64,000 bases of DNA from Kocuria sp. (GTDB lineage Bacteria > Actinomycetota > Actinomycetes > Actinomycetales > Micrococcaceae). The position numbers were made by a program, and so were the translations under genes. This document shows, one piece after another, positions 48,737 to 59,068 of the stretch. The notes under the pieces are model-generated. The model saw only the letters and a list, made by a program, of their open reading frames with translations, did no database searches and was not told the origin of the DNA. Within the stretch, counting starts at the first letter, position 1, and every line of letters starts with the position of its first letter. The stretch is from assembly GCF_030538595.1 (NCBI RefSeq), contig NZ_JAUNTS010000003.1:134171-198170 (forward strand). Direction: 5' to 3'.

Positions 48737-49381
48737 ATGAAACGGGCCCTGCAAGCAACTGTGATCGCCTTGGGTATCGCCGCCGTTGTGGTGATGGGAG
48801 TGATCGGCTTCGGGTTGATAACAGGTGGTAGCTCCACGCCCCAAGCCTCCACGTCCCACAACGCGCAGTTGGTCCGCGAGGACAGCCGCACGCTCTCCGA
48901 CGGTGACCAAGCGGAGTTCGTGGAGGTTCTGGATTTTGAGTGTCCGGCCTGCGCGGACCTGTATCCGTACATGGAGCAATTGCGTGAAGAATACGGGGAC
49001 CGGGTCACGTTTGTGGTGCGTTACCTGCCGATGCACGGTAATTCGCTGGGGGCAGCACAGGCTGCGGAAGCCGCTGCCGAACAGGGCGAATTTTTGCCCA
49101 TGTATCAGACCCTGTTCGAGAACTTTGACGAGTGGAGCAACAGCCAGTCTTCGCAACGGGACACTTTCTTTGACTATGCCCGGGAACTTGGCCTGGACAT
49201 GGATCAGTTCAGCGCGGATTACCAGGACCCCGCCACCGTGGAGCGAATTGCCCAGAATCAGTTGGACGCAGAAGCATTGGGAGTCACGTCCACCCCAACC
49301 TTTTTCCTGGATGGTGAACGCATCCAACCGGAGACCATGGAGGACATGCGCGGCCTGATTGAGATGGCCGTGGCGCCCTGA
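48737..49381 (+). CDS. DsbA-family thiol:disulfide oxidoreductase with an N-terminal membrane anchor
   Basis: TM helix followed by a thioredoxin fold with the CPAC active site (FECPACAD). Confidence 0.8.
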   Translation: MKRALQATVIALGIAAVVVMGVIGFGLITGGSSTPQASTSHNAQLVREDSRTLSDGDQAEFVEVLDFECPACADLYPYMEQLREEYGDRVTFVVRYLPMHGNSLGAAQAAEAAAEQGEFLPMYQTLFENFDEWSNSQSSQRDTFFDYARELGLDMDQFSADYQDPATVERIAQNQLDAEALGVTSTPTFFLDGERIQPETMEDMRGLIEMAVAP

Positions 49382-49501
49382 GATGGGGTGGCCAACAGGC
49401 CGCGCGTCCGGCGGAGGCTGATTGAGGTTCAGTTCTGGAGGAGGACACGATTCATCCCAGAGCATGACGCCAGCGTCTGCCAGGGTCCGTACGGTGTAAC
49501 C

Positions 49502-49885
49502 ATGACTTCACCGGCACTTTCACTCACACTGGCCGCAGCAACCGGCGCGCTCGCCCTGCTGGAACCGCAAGATTGGCCCCGCAGTGTCCGCGTGGGGTAC
49601 GTGGTGCTTCCTGCCGCAGGCCTAGCCGGGTACACGGCTTACCAGATGGCCACCGCTGAGCGCCCAGATTCCGACGACGACGCCCCCACTGCCCGGTCCA
49701 TCGCCCTGGTCTCCGGGGGTCTGGGCGTGGCCATGGCAGCCGTGTGCGCGGCATCCTTCCCGGTGGACAGGGGAATCCGGAACCTGGTGGCCCGTACGGG
49801 CACGCGGTATCCGCGCCGGTGGATGGCAGGGGGCGTCGTCGTACTGTCTCTGGCCTTGGATGCAATCCAGGCCCGCACTGAGTAA
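49502..49885 (+). CDS. Hypothetical small membrane protein
   Basis: Start at ATG 49502 (MTSPALSLTLAAATG...); three hydrophobic segments; no recognisable domain. Confidence 0.4.
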   Translation: MTSPALSLTLAAATGALALLEPQDWPRSVRVGYVVLPAAGLAGYTAYQMATAERPDSDDDAPTARSIALVSGGLGVAMAAVCAASFPVDRGIRNLVARTGTRYPRRWMAGGVVVLSLALDAIQARTE

Positions 49886-49911
49886 TTGGTAGTTGCCGGT
49901 AATGGGTAGTT

Positions 49912-51426
49912 CTAGCGGACTCCGCGCATGGCCTTTGTGATTGGTTTGGCCAGGAGCAGGATGACCACGCCAATGGCAATGGTCACTGCACCCAGCGAAC
50001 CAAAGTACACAGCCTCATTCTGGGCACTGTAGAACTGCGCGAGTGAACCGGACAGCGCGGTGCCCAGGGCCACGGACAGGTAGTTCAGAGAAACCATCAT
50101 GACCGGGTAAGCCCGCGGAGCCAGCTTGGTGGACACGGACAAACCGACGGGAGAGAGCATGAGCTCGCCCATGGTGGCCATCAGCATGATCAGCGCCACC
50201 CACATCACAGCAACGGAAGCCACATTGACCTGGCTGAGGAAAACCAGGAAAGCAGCTCCCATCAAGATGATGCCCAGGCCAAACTTGGCGGGAGTTGCCG
50301 GCTGACGGTTGCCCAATTTGGTCCACAGCGCGGCAAACACCGGTGCCAGAAGAATGATGAAAGCCGGGTTGAAGGACTGTACCCAGGGGACGGGAATTTC
50401 CCAGTTGCCCAACATTCGGTTCAGGCGTTCGTCCGAATAGATGGTGACAACTGTGAATTGCTGTTGGAAGAGTGCAAAAAATGCCGCGGAACCAATGAAC
50501 ATGGGGATGAAAGCCACCACGCGCGAGCGTTCGTCGCTGGACACTTTGCCGCTGATGAGCAGCAAAGTGAACAGTGCGATGGCTGAAATGATGATTGCCC
50601 CCACAATGAAGTCGGCCAGGTTCCCCGGGTGGAGAACACCGGTGAGGACGGCGATGGTCAGCACTGCAACGGCTACCAGCGCGATCACGATCCAGCGTGG
50701 ATAGTGGCCGCGGGGCAGCGGGTTGGGAACGGCGTGAACGTCATGCGGGAGACGACGCCGATTGATGGTGTACTGCGTCAAGCCCACGGCCATACCCACA
50801 GCAGCCAGGGCGAAACCTACGTGGAAGCCCCACTGCTGTTGCACCCAGCCGGTGAGCAGCGGGCCAATGAGCCCGCCAATGTTGATGCCCATGTAGAAGA
50901 TGGAGAAACCAGCGTCACGGCGGGTGTCGTCACGGTCGTAGAGATTGCCGACCAGATTGGTGATGTTGGCTTTGAGGCCACCTGATCCCACGGCAATGAG
51001 AATCAGCCCAACCGCCAGCCCGGTGTACCCCGGCAGGAGGGACAGGGCAATGTGCCCAGCCATGATCATGATGGCGCTGGCAAACATGGCACGCTCGGAG
51101 CCGATCAGGCGGTCGGCAACCCATGCGCCCAGAATGGTGCACATGTATACGGTGCCGCCGTAGGCGCCTACGATTCCCGCAGCGGTACTCTGCTCCATCC
51201 CCAGGCCACCTTGGGTGGTCTGGTAGTACATGTAGAGCATGATGATGCCCTGCATGCCGTAGAAGGAGAACCGCTCCCACAGTTCAACGGAGAACAGGGA
51301 AGCCAGCATGCGTGGCTGACCAAAGAATTGTTTGGTGGATTGATGGTGATGGGTGGTCACATCTGTGCCAACCGGGGATGTCGCGGCGGCTGGAATGTTG
51401 TCCCGCGGAGTTTTTGGTGTACTCAT
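49912..51426 (-). CDS. Proton-dependent oligopeptide transporter (POT/PTR2 family, DtpT-like)
   Basis: ERFSFYGM PTR2 signature near the N-terminus; 504 aa polytopic MFS protein. Confidence 0.88.
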   Translation of the reverse strand: MSTPKTPRDNIPAAATSPVGTDVTTHHHQSTKQFFGQPRMLASLFSVELWERFSFYGMQGIIMLYMYYQTTQGGLGMEQSTAAGIVGAYGGTVYMCTILGAWVADRLIGSERAMFASAIMIMAGHIALSLLPGYTGLAVGLILIAVGSGGLKANITNLVGNLYDRDDTRRDAGFSIFYMGINIGGLIGPLLTGWVQQQWGFHVGFALAAVGMAVGLTQYTINRRRLPHDVHAVPNPLPRGHYPRWIVIALVAVAVLTIAVLTGVLHPGNLADFIVGAIIISAIALFTLLLISGKVSSDERSRVVAFIPMFIGSAAFFALFQQQFTVVTIYSDERLNRMLGNWEIPVPWVQSFNPAFIILLAPVFAALWTKLGNRQPATPAKFGLGIILMGAAFLVFLSQVNVASVAVMWVALIMLMATMGELMLSPVGLSVSTKLAPRAYPVMMVSLNYLSVALGTALSGSLAQFYSAQNEAVYFGSLGAVTIAIGVVILLLAKPITKAMRGVR

Positions 51427-51590
51427 TCGACAACCATGCGCCTACTGGGGCGGTCTGTGATGCAGGTGCCCGGGTTTTGCCGCGGTGAGTCGCTGACGAT
51501 CCAGCGCACGACGACGCCCCCGGCCCGCGTTTCCATCATGTACGGGCCGGACCCCATCCCTTGCTCCTACTCGTGTGAGTGGTGCGGAAT

Positions 51591-52610
51591 TTATGCCGTT
51601 CGGACCACCATCTTGCCGGTGTTGCCACCGCGCATCATGTCCAGGAAGGCATCCACGGTGTTGTCCAAACCGTCCACCACGGTTTCGTCATGGGTGATCT
51701 GACCGTTGGTAAACCAGGTGGTCATGCGGTTGTTGAACTCCGGGGCCAGGTCCATGTGATCACCCAACGTGAATCCGCGGAGGGAGAGTCCCTGTTTGAT
51801 GATGTTGACCATGTTGTCCGGCCCGGGTGCAGTGGTTTCCGTGTTGTACGCGGAGATGGCGCCGCACATGGCAACCCGTCCGTGACGGTTGAGTGTGTCC
51901 AGGGCAGCTTCCAAATGATCGCCGCCCACGTTGTCAAAGTACACGTTGATGCCGTGCGGGGCTGCGCTTGCAAGTTGCTCCCTAACCGGGGCTGACTTGT
52001 AGTTGAAGGCGGAGGTGAAACCGTAACGCTCTGTCAGCAGGTCCACTTTCTGCTGCGAACCAGCGGAGCCAATCACCGTTTCCGCTCCCAGTAGTCGGGC
52101 AATCTGTCCGGCCACACTGCCCACGGCTCCGGCGGCGCCAGAAATGAAGACTGTGTCACCGGGGTGCACTGGTGCAATCCGGGTCAGTCCCACGTAGGCG
52201 GTCATCCCGGTCATTCCCAGAACTCCCAGGTAGGCAGACAGCGGGACGCCCGGAATCTCCTGTACCGGGCGAAAAGCGGTGGCATCTTCCTGCACCAGGT
52301 CCCGCCAGCCGTATTGATGCAGCACGGCAGAACCCACGGGGAGGTTGGGCGCTGCGGATTCGATCACCCGGCCCACGGCACCACCGGTCAAGGTTTCACC
52401 GAGCTGGAACGGGGGAATGTAACTTTCGACGTCGTTCATGCGCCCCCGCATGTAGGGGTCCACGGAGATGAACTGATTGGCCACGCGGACCTGTCCGGGT
52501 GCAAGCTCCGGGAAGGCGATCTCCACGGTGCGGAAGTTCTCCGGGGTGGGCCACCCTGTGGGGCGGCTGGCCAACTGGATCTGACGGCTGGTTGCAGATG
52601 ACATGGTCAA
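51591..52610 (-). CDS. NADP-dependent oxidoreductase (MDR superfamily, YncB/leukotriene-B4 dehydrogenase-like)
   Basis: GAAGAVGSVAGQIA Rossmann motif; 339 aa. Confidence 0.85.
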   Translation of the reverse strand: MTMSSATSRQIQLASRPTGWPTPENFRTVEIAFPELAPGQVRVANQFISVDPYMRGRMNDVESYIPPFQLGETLTGGAVGRVIESAAPNLPVGSAVLHQYGWRDLVQEDATAFRPVQEIPGVPLSAYLGVLGMTGMTAYVGLTRIAPVHPGDTVFISGAAGAVGSVAGQIARLLGAETVIGSAGSQQKVDLLTERYGFTSAFNYKSAPVREQLASAAPHGINVYFDNVGGDHLEAALDTLNRHGRVAMCGAISAYNTETTAPGPDNMVNIIKQGLSLRGFTLGDHMDLAPEFNNRMTTWFTNGQITHDETVVDGLDNTVDAFLDMMRGGNTGKMVVRTA

Positions 52611-52650
52611 ACTCTTTTCAAGCGTGTTGGTTGCTTCTGAACCCTGGGAT

Positions 52651-53088
52651 TCAGAATGCCCATCCGAGCACCAGCAGGATGATTGCCAGGGCGGGCACCG
52701 TGAGTTGTTTCAGGGCGGCGGATGTCTTGGAGCGGTCAGAGAGCAACAGAACCAAACCTGCAGCCACCATGGACCCGGTCCCCACAAACACCAGTGTGGC
52801 CCCCACCGCGTGGGAGCCTGCCGCCAGCAGGATCAAACCCAGGAAGATCTCCACGGCCAAGAACAAGTTGTAGAAGCCCTGATTGAAAGCCAAACCCTTG
52901 GTGGATTCGGCAAATTCGGGGGAGGGCAGGCCGAAGGTTTTGCGGGCGGCGGGGCCGGTCCACGCCAGCGACTCCATGTAGAAGATGTAGACGTGCAACA
53001 GCGCGGCCAGGGTGGCCAAGACCAGTCCGGCGATGATCACAGCGAACCTGCTTTCTTGAAAGGGCTTGATGGGAGGGTGCCGGCACAA
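52651..53088 (-). CDS. Small membrane protein (DoxX/DUF1304-like)
   Basis: Four hydrophobic helices, 145 aa. The start may be an internal GTG (~53040). Confidence 0.5.
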   Translation of the reverse strand: MCRHPPIKPFQESRFAVIIAGLVLATLAALLHVYIFYMESLAWTGPAARKTFGLPSPEFAESTKGLAFNQGFYNLFLAVEIFLGLILLAAGSHAVGATLVFVGTGSMVAAGLVLLLSDRSKTSAALKQLTVPALAIILLVLGWAF

Positions 53089-53101
53089 GGCGCGGAACTT
53101 T

Positions 53102-53119
53102 TTGAACTGACTGGTTCAA
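53102..53119. promoter_or_regulatory. Inverted repeat TTGAAC-N6-GTTCAA; candidate TetR operator
   Basis: Lies in the 112-bp divergent intergenic region between the DoxX-like gene and tetR. Confidence 0.45.
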
Positions 53120-53200
53120 TATAAGCTGAACACTGCGGGCACAACACCCCAGACCTCGTGTGGCGGGTGTGATTTCAACAACCAACAGGAGAGCAGGGCC

Positions 53201-53818
53201 GTGGGGCGTCATCAGAACTTTGACACGCACGCTGTGGTGCGAGCTGCGCGCGACCTGTTCTGGGAGCAGGGCTATCAGGGGGTCTCTCTACCGGAATTGG
53301 AGCGGGTCACCGGGTTGAACAGATCCAGTCTCTACCACGCTTTCGGCAGTAAACGCGGACTGTTTGATGCTGCGGTGGACAGCTACCTGCGGGAGGTGGT
53401 CCGCCCCTTGCTGGCGCCTCTGGTCAGTGCGGAAGTGGCTCCGGACGCCGTCGTTGACTACCTGCGCACCATGCGGGGTGCGTTGGAGTCTCCGGACACC
53501 ATGCCCGCCCGCTACGGCTGCCTGCTGGTTGGTGTGGCGGGGTCCACGCTGGGGCATGACCCTGCCGCTCGGGCCGCCGTGGAGGCTTACCGGCAAGAAA
53601 TGTTGACGGCCTTGACTCGCGGTGTGATCGTGCGGTTTCCCGCAATGGAGCCGGCGGAGCAAAGCCGGAGGGCAGAGACCTGTGCGGGGTTGGTGATTGC
53701 CGCACTGGCGCTGGCAAGGATCAATCCAGTGGCCGCAGCGCAGACCCTGGATCACGCGCTGAGCCTGGTCTCCGGTGATTTTCAAGAAGAGAGCACTGTC
53801 AAGGGCTTCCAGGCGTGA
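53201..53818 (+). CDS. TetR/AcrR-family transcriptional regulator
   Basis: N-terminal HTH ...GYQGVSLPELERVTGLNRSSLYHAFGSKRGLF...; 205 aa. Confidence 0.88.
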   Translation: MGRHQNFDTHAVVRAARDLFWEQGYQGVSLPELERVTGLNRSSLYHAFGSKRGLFDAAVDSYLREVVRPLLAPLVSAEVAPDAVVDYLRTMRGALESPDTMPARYGCLLVGVAGSTLGHDPAARAAVEAYRQEMLTALTRGVIVRFPAMEPAEQSRRAETCAGLVIAALALARINPVAAAQTLDHALSLVSGDFQEESTVKGFQA

Positions 53819-53993
53819 TGATTCTCCCGAAAAATGCCCTTCCACCATCTGGTTCGCATCCGTAAACTCCGGGGCTGGTCATCGCTTCCCCAAGGCTGTT
53901 TGAGGACTCGACATCAGTACCCACATCACACCCAGCGCTCCCCGTGGACTCCCGCAGGATCCACCGGTCTCAGCCCCTGCGCACCAGGCCCCC

Positions 53994-56099
53994 GTGGACG
54001 GCTCAACCGTGGGTGGGCCCGTGACTGCTGCCGCAAAACGTCCGGAAATCCAAGGCTTGCGGGGTTTGGCGGTGCTCCTTGTGGTGGCATTCCACCTGTG
54101 GGGCACGGGTGTTTCCGGCGGCGTTGATGTCTTTTTTGTGGTGTCCGCCTACCTTCTGACGCTGTCCTTCACGCGCAAAGTGGAAACCGGCAAGCCGCTG
54201 CGGCTGCTGAACTACTGGTCCCGCACGTTCGTCCGGCTGCTGCTGCCCGTGGGGGTGGTGCTGCTCAGTGTCCTGGCGGTGGCCCTGGTGTTCTTTCCGC
54301 GATCACGGTGGGAAGCGCTCTGGGAGCAACTTCTGGCGGCCGCAACGTACCGCCTCAACTGGACCCTGGCCAACCAGGCCGTTGACTACTACGCAGGCGG
54401 CGGGGTGACGTCCAGCCCCGTGCAGCACATGTGGTCGTTGGCCGTCCAGGGGCAGATATTTCTGCTGTTCCCCGCACTGATTGCCGCGGCTGCGCTGATC
54501 GCGCGCATCACTCGGTTGCGGTTCCGCGTGGTGGCCATTGCAGTTTTCGGCCTGGTGTTCGCAGCGTCCCTGACGGCCTCGATCTTCACCACGCATCTGA
54601 ACCCGGCCCCGGCATATTTTGACACCCGGTTGCGTCTCTGGGAGTTCGCGTTGGGTGCCCTGGTGGCCTTGCTGGTCACCAGTCCGCTGCCGCGCAGGGT
54701 GGCGGTGATGCTGGGGTGGGGCGGCGTCGTCGCGGTGATCATCACAGGGTTTGTGGCCGGTCCCGGGGCGCTGTTCCCGGGGTGGATCGCGTTGCTGCCC
54801 ACGCTGGGTGCAGCTCTGATTCTGGTGGTCAAGGATCACGGCGGCGCCCACGGTGTCCACGTCCCGCTGCGCTCGCGCTGGCTGACCTGGGTGGGGGACC
54901 GCTCCTACGGGATCTATCTGTGGCACTGGCCGCTGATGATCACGTACCTGCTACGAACGGGGCAGGAGAATGTGCCCGTTGCCGTGGGGCTGGCAATCAT
55001 TGCCGCGTCCATGGTGTTGTCGCTGGCCACGGAGCAGGTGGTCAAGTACATCACCCGTCCGCGTTCTGCCAAGCAGCGGGCCTCCACTCGCAAAGAATTG
55101 GTGCGCCTGGTGGCGATCGTGGGCGTGGTGGCCCTTCCCGTGACCGCAGCGCAGGCTTGGACGGACAATCGTGCGCGCACGCAGGCCACCTACGAACGCA
55201 ACGAGTACAACTACCCCGGCGCCGCCGTGGCCACCGATTCTTACGACGACGCCGACCTCCCCGGCCTGGAGCCCATCCCCATGTGGTCGGAAATTGATGC
55301 CGAATGGGGTAATCCGGGGCCCAAATGTTCGCAGGAGGAGCTTCCGGAGGGGTTTGAGGAGTCAGGCGAATGCTACGTCCATCAGCCGCAATCCGGTGTT
55401 GAGGAAGCCACGGCAGTAGAGGATGACGCGTCCGCGGAAGGTGCTGCGCTGGAAGCCGATCACGCCGAACCCGCCCGCACCGTGGTGCTCTTGGGGGATT
55501 CGCACGCCAAGCAGCTGTCCGAACCCATGAAGGAGATCGCGGACCGGAACAACTGGAAGCTGATCACCTTTGTGTACCCCGCCTGCCGTTACGCCGGTTT
55601 CACCCCGGACTACACGGAGGAATGCAACACGTTCAACGAATCTGCTCGGGATGCGGTTCTGGAGCTCAACCCGGACGCCGTGATTGCGCAGGGCACGCGT
55701 TCCTTGATGGATGGTGACCGCGAAGAAGTGGTGGCGCACTGGAATGAAGGCGTACGGCCCTTCCAGGACGCGGGGATTCCCGTGGTCAGCGTGCGGGACA
55801 ACCCCCGTTGGGAGCGCGACATGTACGAATGCGTGGACCTTTACGGTGAGTCCAGCAGCCTGTGTTCGGATTCCGTGGAGGATGCACTGGGCGGTCAGGA
55901 GGTGGTGGACGAATTCCACGAGCAGAACCCGGATGTCCCGCTGGTGGATCTCACGGATCTGTACTGCCCGGACGGGCGCTGCGGCCCCGTGGTGGGCAAT
56001 GTGATGGTCTACCGGGACATGGACCACATCACCAAAACATTTGGGCTGACCACAGCCCCTGAGCTGGAAGAAAGACTGCTGGGTGCCTTGAAGTGGTGA
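53994..56099 (+). CDS. Acyltransferase-3 family membrane protein with a C-terminal SGNH hydrolase domain (OafA/YrhL-like)
   Basis: N-terminal 10-TM acyltransferase domain (...VDVFFVVSAYL...) and a C-terminal SGNH-like domain (VLLGDSHA...); 701 aa. Confidence 0.85.
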   Translation: MDGSTVGGPVTAAAKRPEIQGLRGLAVLLVVAFHLWGTGVSGGVDVFFVVSAYLLTLSFTRKVETGKPLRLLNYWSRTFVRLLLPVGVVLLSVLAVALVFFPRSRWEALWEQLLAAATYRLNWTLANQAVDYYAGGGVTSSPVQHMWSLAVQGQIFLLFPALIAAAALIARITRLRFRVVAIAVFGLVFAASLTASIFTTHLNPAPAYFDTRLRLWEFALGALVALLVTSPLPRRVAVMLGWGGVVAVIITGFVAGPGALFPGWIALLPTLGAALILVVKDHGGAHGVHVPLRSRWLTWVGDRSYGIYLWHWPLMITYLLRTGQENVPVAVGLAIIAASMVLSLATEQVVKYITRPRSAKQRASTRKELVRLVAIVGVVALPVTAAQAWTDNRARTQATYERNEYNYPGAAVATDSYDDADLPGLEPIPMWSEIDAEWGNPGPKCSQEELPEGFEESGECYVHQPQSGVEEATAVEDDASAEGAALEADHAEPARTVVLLGDSHAKQLSEPMKEIADRNNWKLITFVYPACRYAGFTPDYTEECNTFNESARDAVLELNPDAVIAQGTRSLMDGDREEVVAHWNEGVRPFQDAGIPVVSVRDNPRWERDMYECVDLYGESSSLCSDSVEDALGGQEVVDEFHEQNPDVPLVDLTDLYCPDGRCGPVVGNVMVYRDMDHITKTFGLTTAPELEERLLGALKW

Positions 56100-56630
56100 G
56101 CTGACTGTCTCAGGCGGGTGGGCGTGACGGTTCATGACGCAATTACGACGCCGTATCGGTGCCCAAGTGTCCACCGATTGGTGTTCTGTTGCGGTGGTAC
56201 CTGTCCCCATTTGCGGTTACGTAATTTCATGTTTTTCCCGGTGATTCATGGGTCTTGCGTGGTGAAACCGGCTGTCAGCCGGGGAATGTGCCGTTGTCAC
56301 CGATCTGTGGTGCACTGCAACGGGGTAAAACTGCTGGTGACGCTGCCGCCGGGTGATCTGACACGATTTCATACAACGGCTCCGCGTCGTGTCGAATGCC
56401 CCGCGGTGGATTTCCACCGACGGTGTGCACCATGACCGAGCCATGGCGTGCCAAGCATCGGGGGGTGCTGGCGCGGCGAATGGCTCGCCGAATCTGGGGA
56501 GAGACGGCGAGTTGACGGGGTTGGGATCGGTCGGGGGGCTGATCCCAACCCCTACGCCTTTCTCAAAGTGTTATCCACAGCCGACCCGGGATGCTGTTGT
56601 GTTGTCGGTCTCCCTTGCCAGACTGGTGCC

Positions 56631-58808
56631 ATGCCCCCAACGGAGACCGGCCCCATTCACAGCCCACTGCATGAGCGGGCGTTGGACCTTCTGCATGCGC
56701 TGACGGGTCGAGCAGATGCGCAGTTTCACCCCGGGCAGTTCCAGGCCATTGAAGCGTTGGTGGAGTACCGGCGTCGTGCGCTGGTGGTGCAGCGGACCGG
56801 GTGGGGGAAGTCCGCGGTGTACTTCATCTCTTCTCTCCTGCTGCGCGCTCAGGGCCGGGGGCCAACCCTGATTGTTTCCCCGCTCTTGGCCTTGATGCGG
56901 GACCAGGTGGCGGCAGCTTCCCGGGCGGGAGTTCGTGCTGCCTCGATCAGCTCGGCCAATGCCACGGAATGGTCGGAGATTCTGGGGCGTCTGGAGCAAG
57001 ACCAGGTGGATGTGCTGCTGATCTCTCCGGAACGGCTGAACAACGCACGGTTCAGGGAGCAACAGCTGCCGCAGTTGGTGCAGCGGATGGGTCTGCTGGT
57101 CATTGATGAGGCCCACTGCATCTCGGACTGGGGCCATGATTTCCGCCCCGATTACCGGCGGATCAGAGATCTGATCGGCAAGTTACCTGAAGCCGTGCCC
57201 GTCCTGGCCACCACCGCAACCGCCAATCAACGCGTGGTCCAGGATGTTGCCGAACAACTGGGTGTTGGTCTTGCTGATGGTGCGGCGGAAGCCGTGTTGA
57301 CGCTGCGTGGGCCGTTGGCCAGGGAGTCGTTGCGGCTGGGGGTGCTGAGACTTCCCTCCAACACCGTGCGATTGGCCTGGCTGTTGGAGCATCTGGCGTC
57401 CCTGGAGGGTTCCGGCATTGTCTATGCCCTGACTATCAGTGCTGCGGAGGACACCGCCCATGCCTTGCGGGAAGCCGGATATCAGGTGGAGGCATATACG
57501 GGGCGCACAGACCCGGCTGATCGTGAGCGCCTGGAGATTGCCCTGAAGGAAAACCGGGTGAAGGCTTTGGTGGCAACATCGGCGCTGGGTATGGGCTTTG
57601 ACAAACCAGATCTAGGTTTTGTGGTGCACATGGGAGCACCGTCTTCACCGGTGGCCTATTACCAGCAAGTGGGCCGTGCCGGCCGCGCAACGGAACGTGC
57701 TGACGTGCTACTGCTCCCCGGCACGGAGGACCGTGAAATCTGGGAGTACTTTGCCACGGCATCCATGCCCACGGAGGCCAAGGCCCAGGCGGTACTCCAG
57801 GAGTTGGGAGCCACGCAGGGGCCGCTGAGCGTGGGAGCGTTGGAAGCGCGCGTGGACATCAAACGCTCCCCGTTGAACATGCTGCTGCGGGTTCTGGCCG
57901 TGGAGGGTGCTGTGGAGCAGGTTCAGGGCGGATGGCAGGTCACGGGGCAACCGTGGCGGTACGACGCCCCCAGATACCAGCGCATCCAACAAGCACGTGT
58001 CCGTGAGCAGAACGCAATGCTGGATTACGAAAACAAGTCCGCGTGCCGCATGCAAATGCTGGTGGAGCAACTGGATGACCCGGAAGCGGCACCGTGCGGA
58101 CGTTGCGACAACTGCGCGGGAGCCTGGTTCTCCACACAGGTCAGTCAGTCCGCTGCGGATTCCGCCACTGCCACTCTGCAACGGGTGGGAGTGGAGATTG
58201 ACCCGAGAGCCCAGTGGCCTGTGGGAATGCAGCGATTGGGTGTGCCGCTCAAAGGCAATATCCCACCCGCAGAGCGTGCTTCCACCGGGCGTGCGGTGGC
58301 GCGGTTGACGGATCTGGGGTGGGGCAATCGCCTGCGGGAAATTTTCCACACGGATCAGCGCGGTGAGCCGGTGGATCAAGCTGTGGATCAGGCTCTGGGC
58401 CGAGCCTGTGTTGAAGTTCTGGCGCAGTGGGCCCATCAGGATTGGAGCGGTGTGGGGCGCCCGGCCGGAATCGTCTCCATGCCGTCTGTGGCGCGCCCGC
58501 AGTTGGTGCAGTCCTTGGCCATGGGGTTGGCCGGTGCCGGGCGGTTGCCCTACTTGGGGGAGTTGACCATGGCGCCAGGGCATCCGGGTGGTGTTGGTGG
58601 AAACGGCGCCTACCAGTTGGCTTCGGTGTGGGAGAAGTTCCAGATCACGCCACAGTTGCAAACTGCGTTGGACAATCTCCAGGGTGCTCCCGTGCTGTTG
58701 GTGGATGACCTGGTGGACAGCCGATGGTCCCTGACGGTGGCTGCCCGCCAGCTGCGCCTGGCCGGTTCCGGGCCGGTGCTGCCGTTTGTCCTGGCCTCCC
58801 GCGGGTGA
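56631..58808 (+). CDS. recQ: ATP-dependent DNA helicase RecQ with an additional PRTase-like C-terminal domain
   Basis: Start at ATG 56631; helicase motifs TGWGKS, DEAHCISDWGHDFRPDY, zinc cluster CRMQ...CGRCDNC. The C-terminal ~150 aa ends VLLVDDLVDSRWSL, resembling a type I phosphoribosyltransferase motif. Confidence 0.85.
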   Translation: MPPTETGPIHSPLHERALDLLHALTGRADAQFHPGQFQAIEALVEYRRRALVVQRTGWGKSAVYFISSLLLRAQGRGPTLIVSPLLALMRDQVAAASRAGVRAASISSANATEWSEILGRLEQDQVDVLLISPERLNNARFREQQLPQLVQRMGLLVIDEAHCISDWGHDFRPDYRRIRDLIGKLPEAVPVLATTATANQRVVQDVAEQLGVGLADGAAEAVLTLRGPLARESLRLGVLRLPSNTVRLAWLLEHLASLEGSGIVYALTISAAEDTAHALREAGYQVEAYTGRTDPADRERLEIALKENRVKALVATSALGMGFDKPDLGFVVHMGAPSSPVAYYQQVGRAGRATERADVLLLPGTEDREIWEYFATASMPTEAKAQAVLQELGATQGPLSVGALEARVDIKRSPLNMLLRVLAVEGAVEQVQGGWQVTGQPWRYDAPRYQRIQQARVREQNAMLDYENKSACRMQMLVEQLDDPEAAPCGRCDNCAGAWFSTQVSQSAADSATATLQRVGVEIDPRAQWPVGMQRLGVPLKGNIPPAERASTGRAVARLTDLGWGNRLREIFHTDQRGEPVDQAVDQALGRACVEVLAQWAHQDWSGVGRPAGIVSMPSVARPQLVQSLAMGLAGAGRLPYLGELTMAPGHPGGVGGNGAYQLASVWEKFQITPQLQTALDNLQGAPVLLVDDLVDSRWSLTVAARQLRLAGSGPVLPFVLASRG

Positions 58809-58905
58809 ATCTGCCCGTGGTCGAGTTTTTGACCGGAATCGTCAGCTCCGACTAGCATGGCTCATGCTGTTCACCCGGCTGAATTACTCCGGTCCGGTAC
58901 AGCAA

Positions 58906-58994
58906 GGAGACGTGCCAGAGCGGCCGAATGGACTTCACTGCTAATGAAGGGCCCGGCGAAAGTTGGGCCGGGGGTTCAAATCCCCCCGTCTCCG
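58906..58994 (+). tRNA. tRNA-Ser (anticodon GCT), long variable arm
   Basis: Manual fold: acceptor GGAGACG/CGTCTCC, anticodon stem CTTCA/TGAAG, loop CTGCTAA, long variable arm, T-arm GGGGGTTCAAATCCCCC. Confidence 0.85.
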
Positions 58995-59068
58995 CATTAT
59001 TTAGCCTTGTCAGAGGCTACTCAATGGCCCCGGTGTTGACGCCGGGGCCATTCCCGTCCCAGAGCAAA

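Noticed and set aside
56118-56435. 105-aa Cys/Arg-rich ORF in the recQ upstream gap
   Set aside because: Composition looks like a GC-rich non-coding frame, with no RBS or domain signal. The region is kept as a non-coding finding instead.
58857-59039. 60-aa ORF
   Set aside because: It overlaps the tRNA-Ser(GCT) gene almost entirely.
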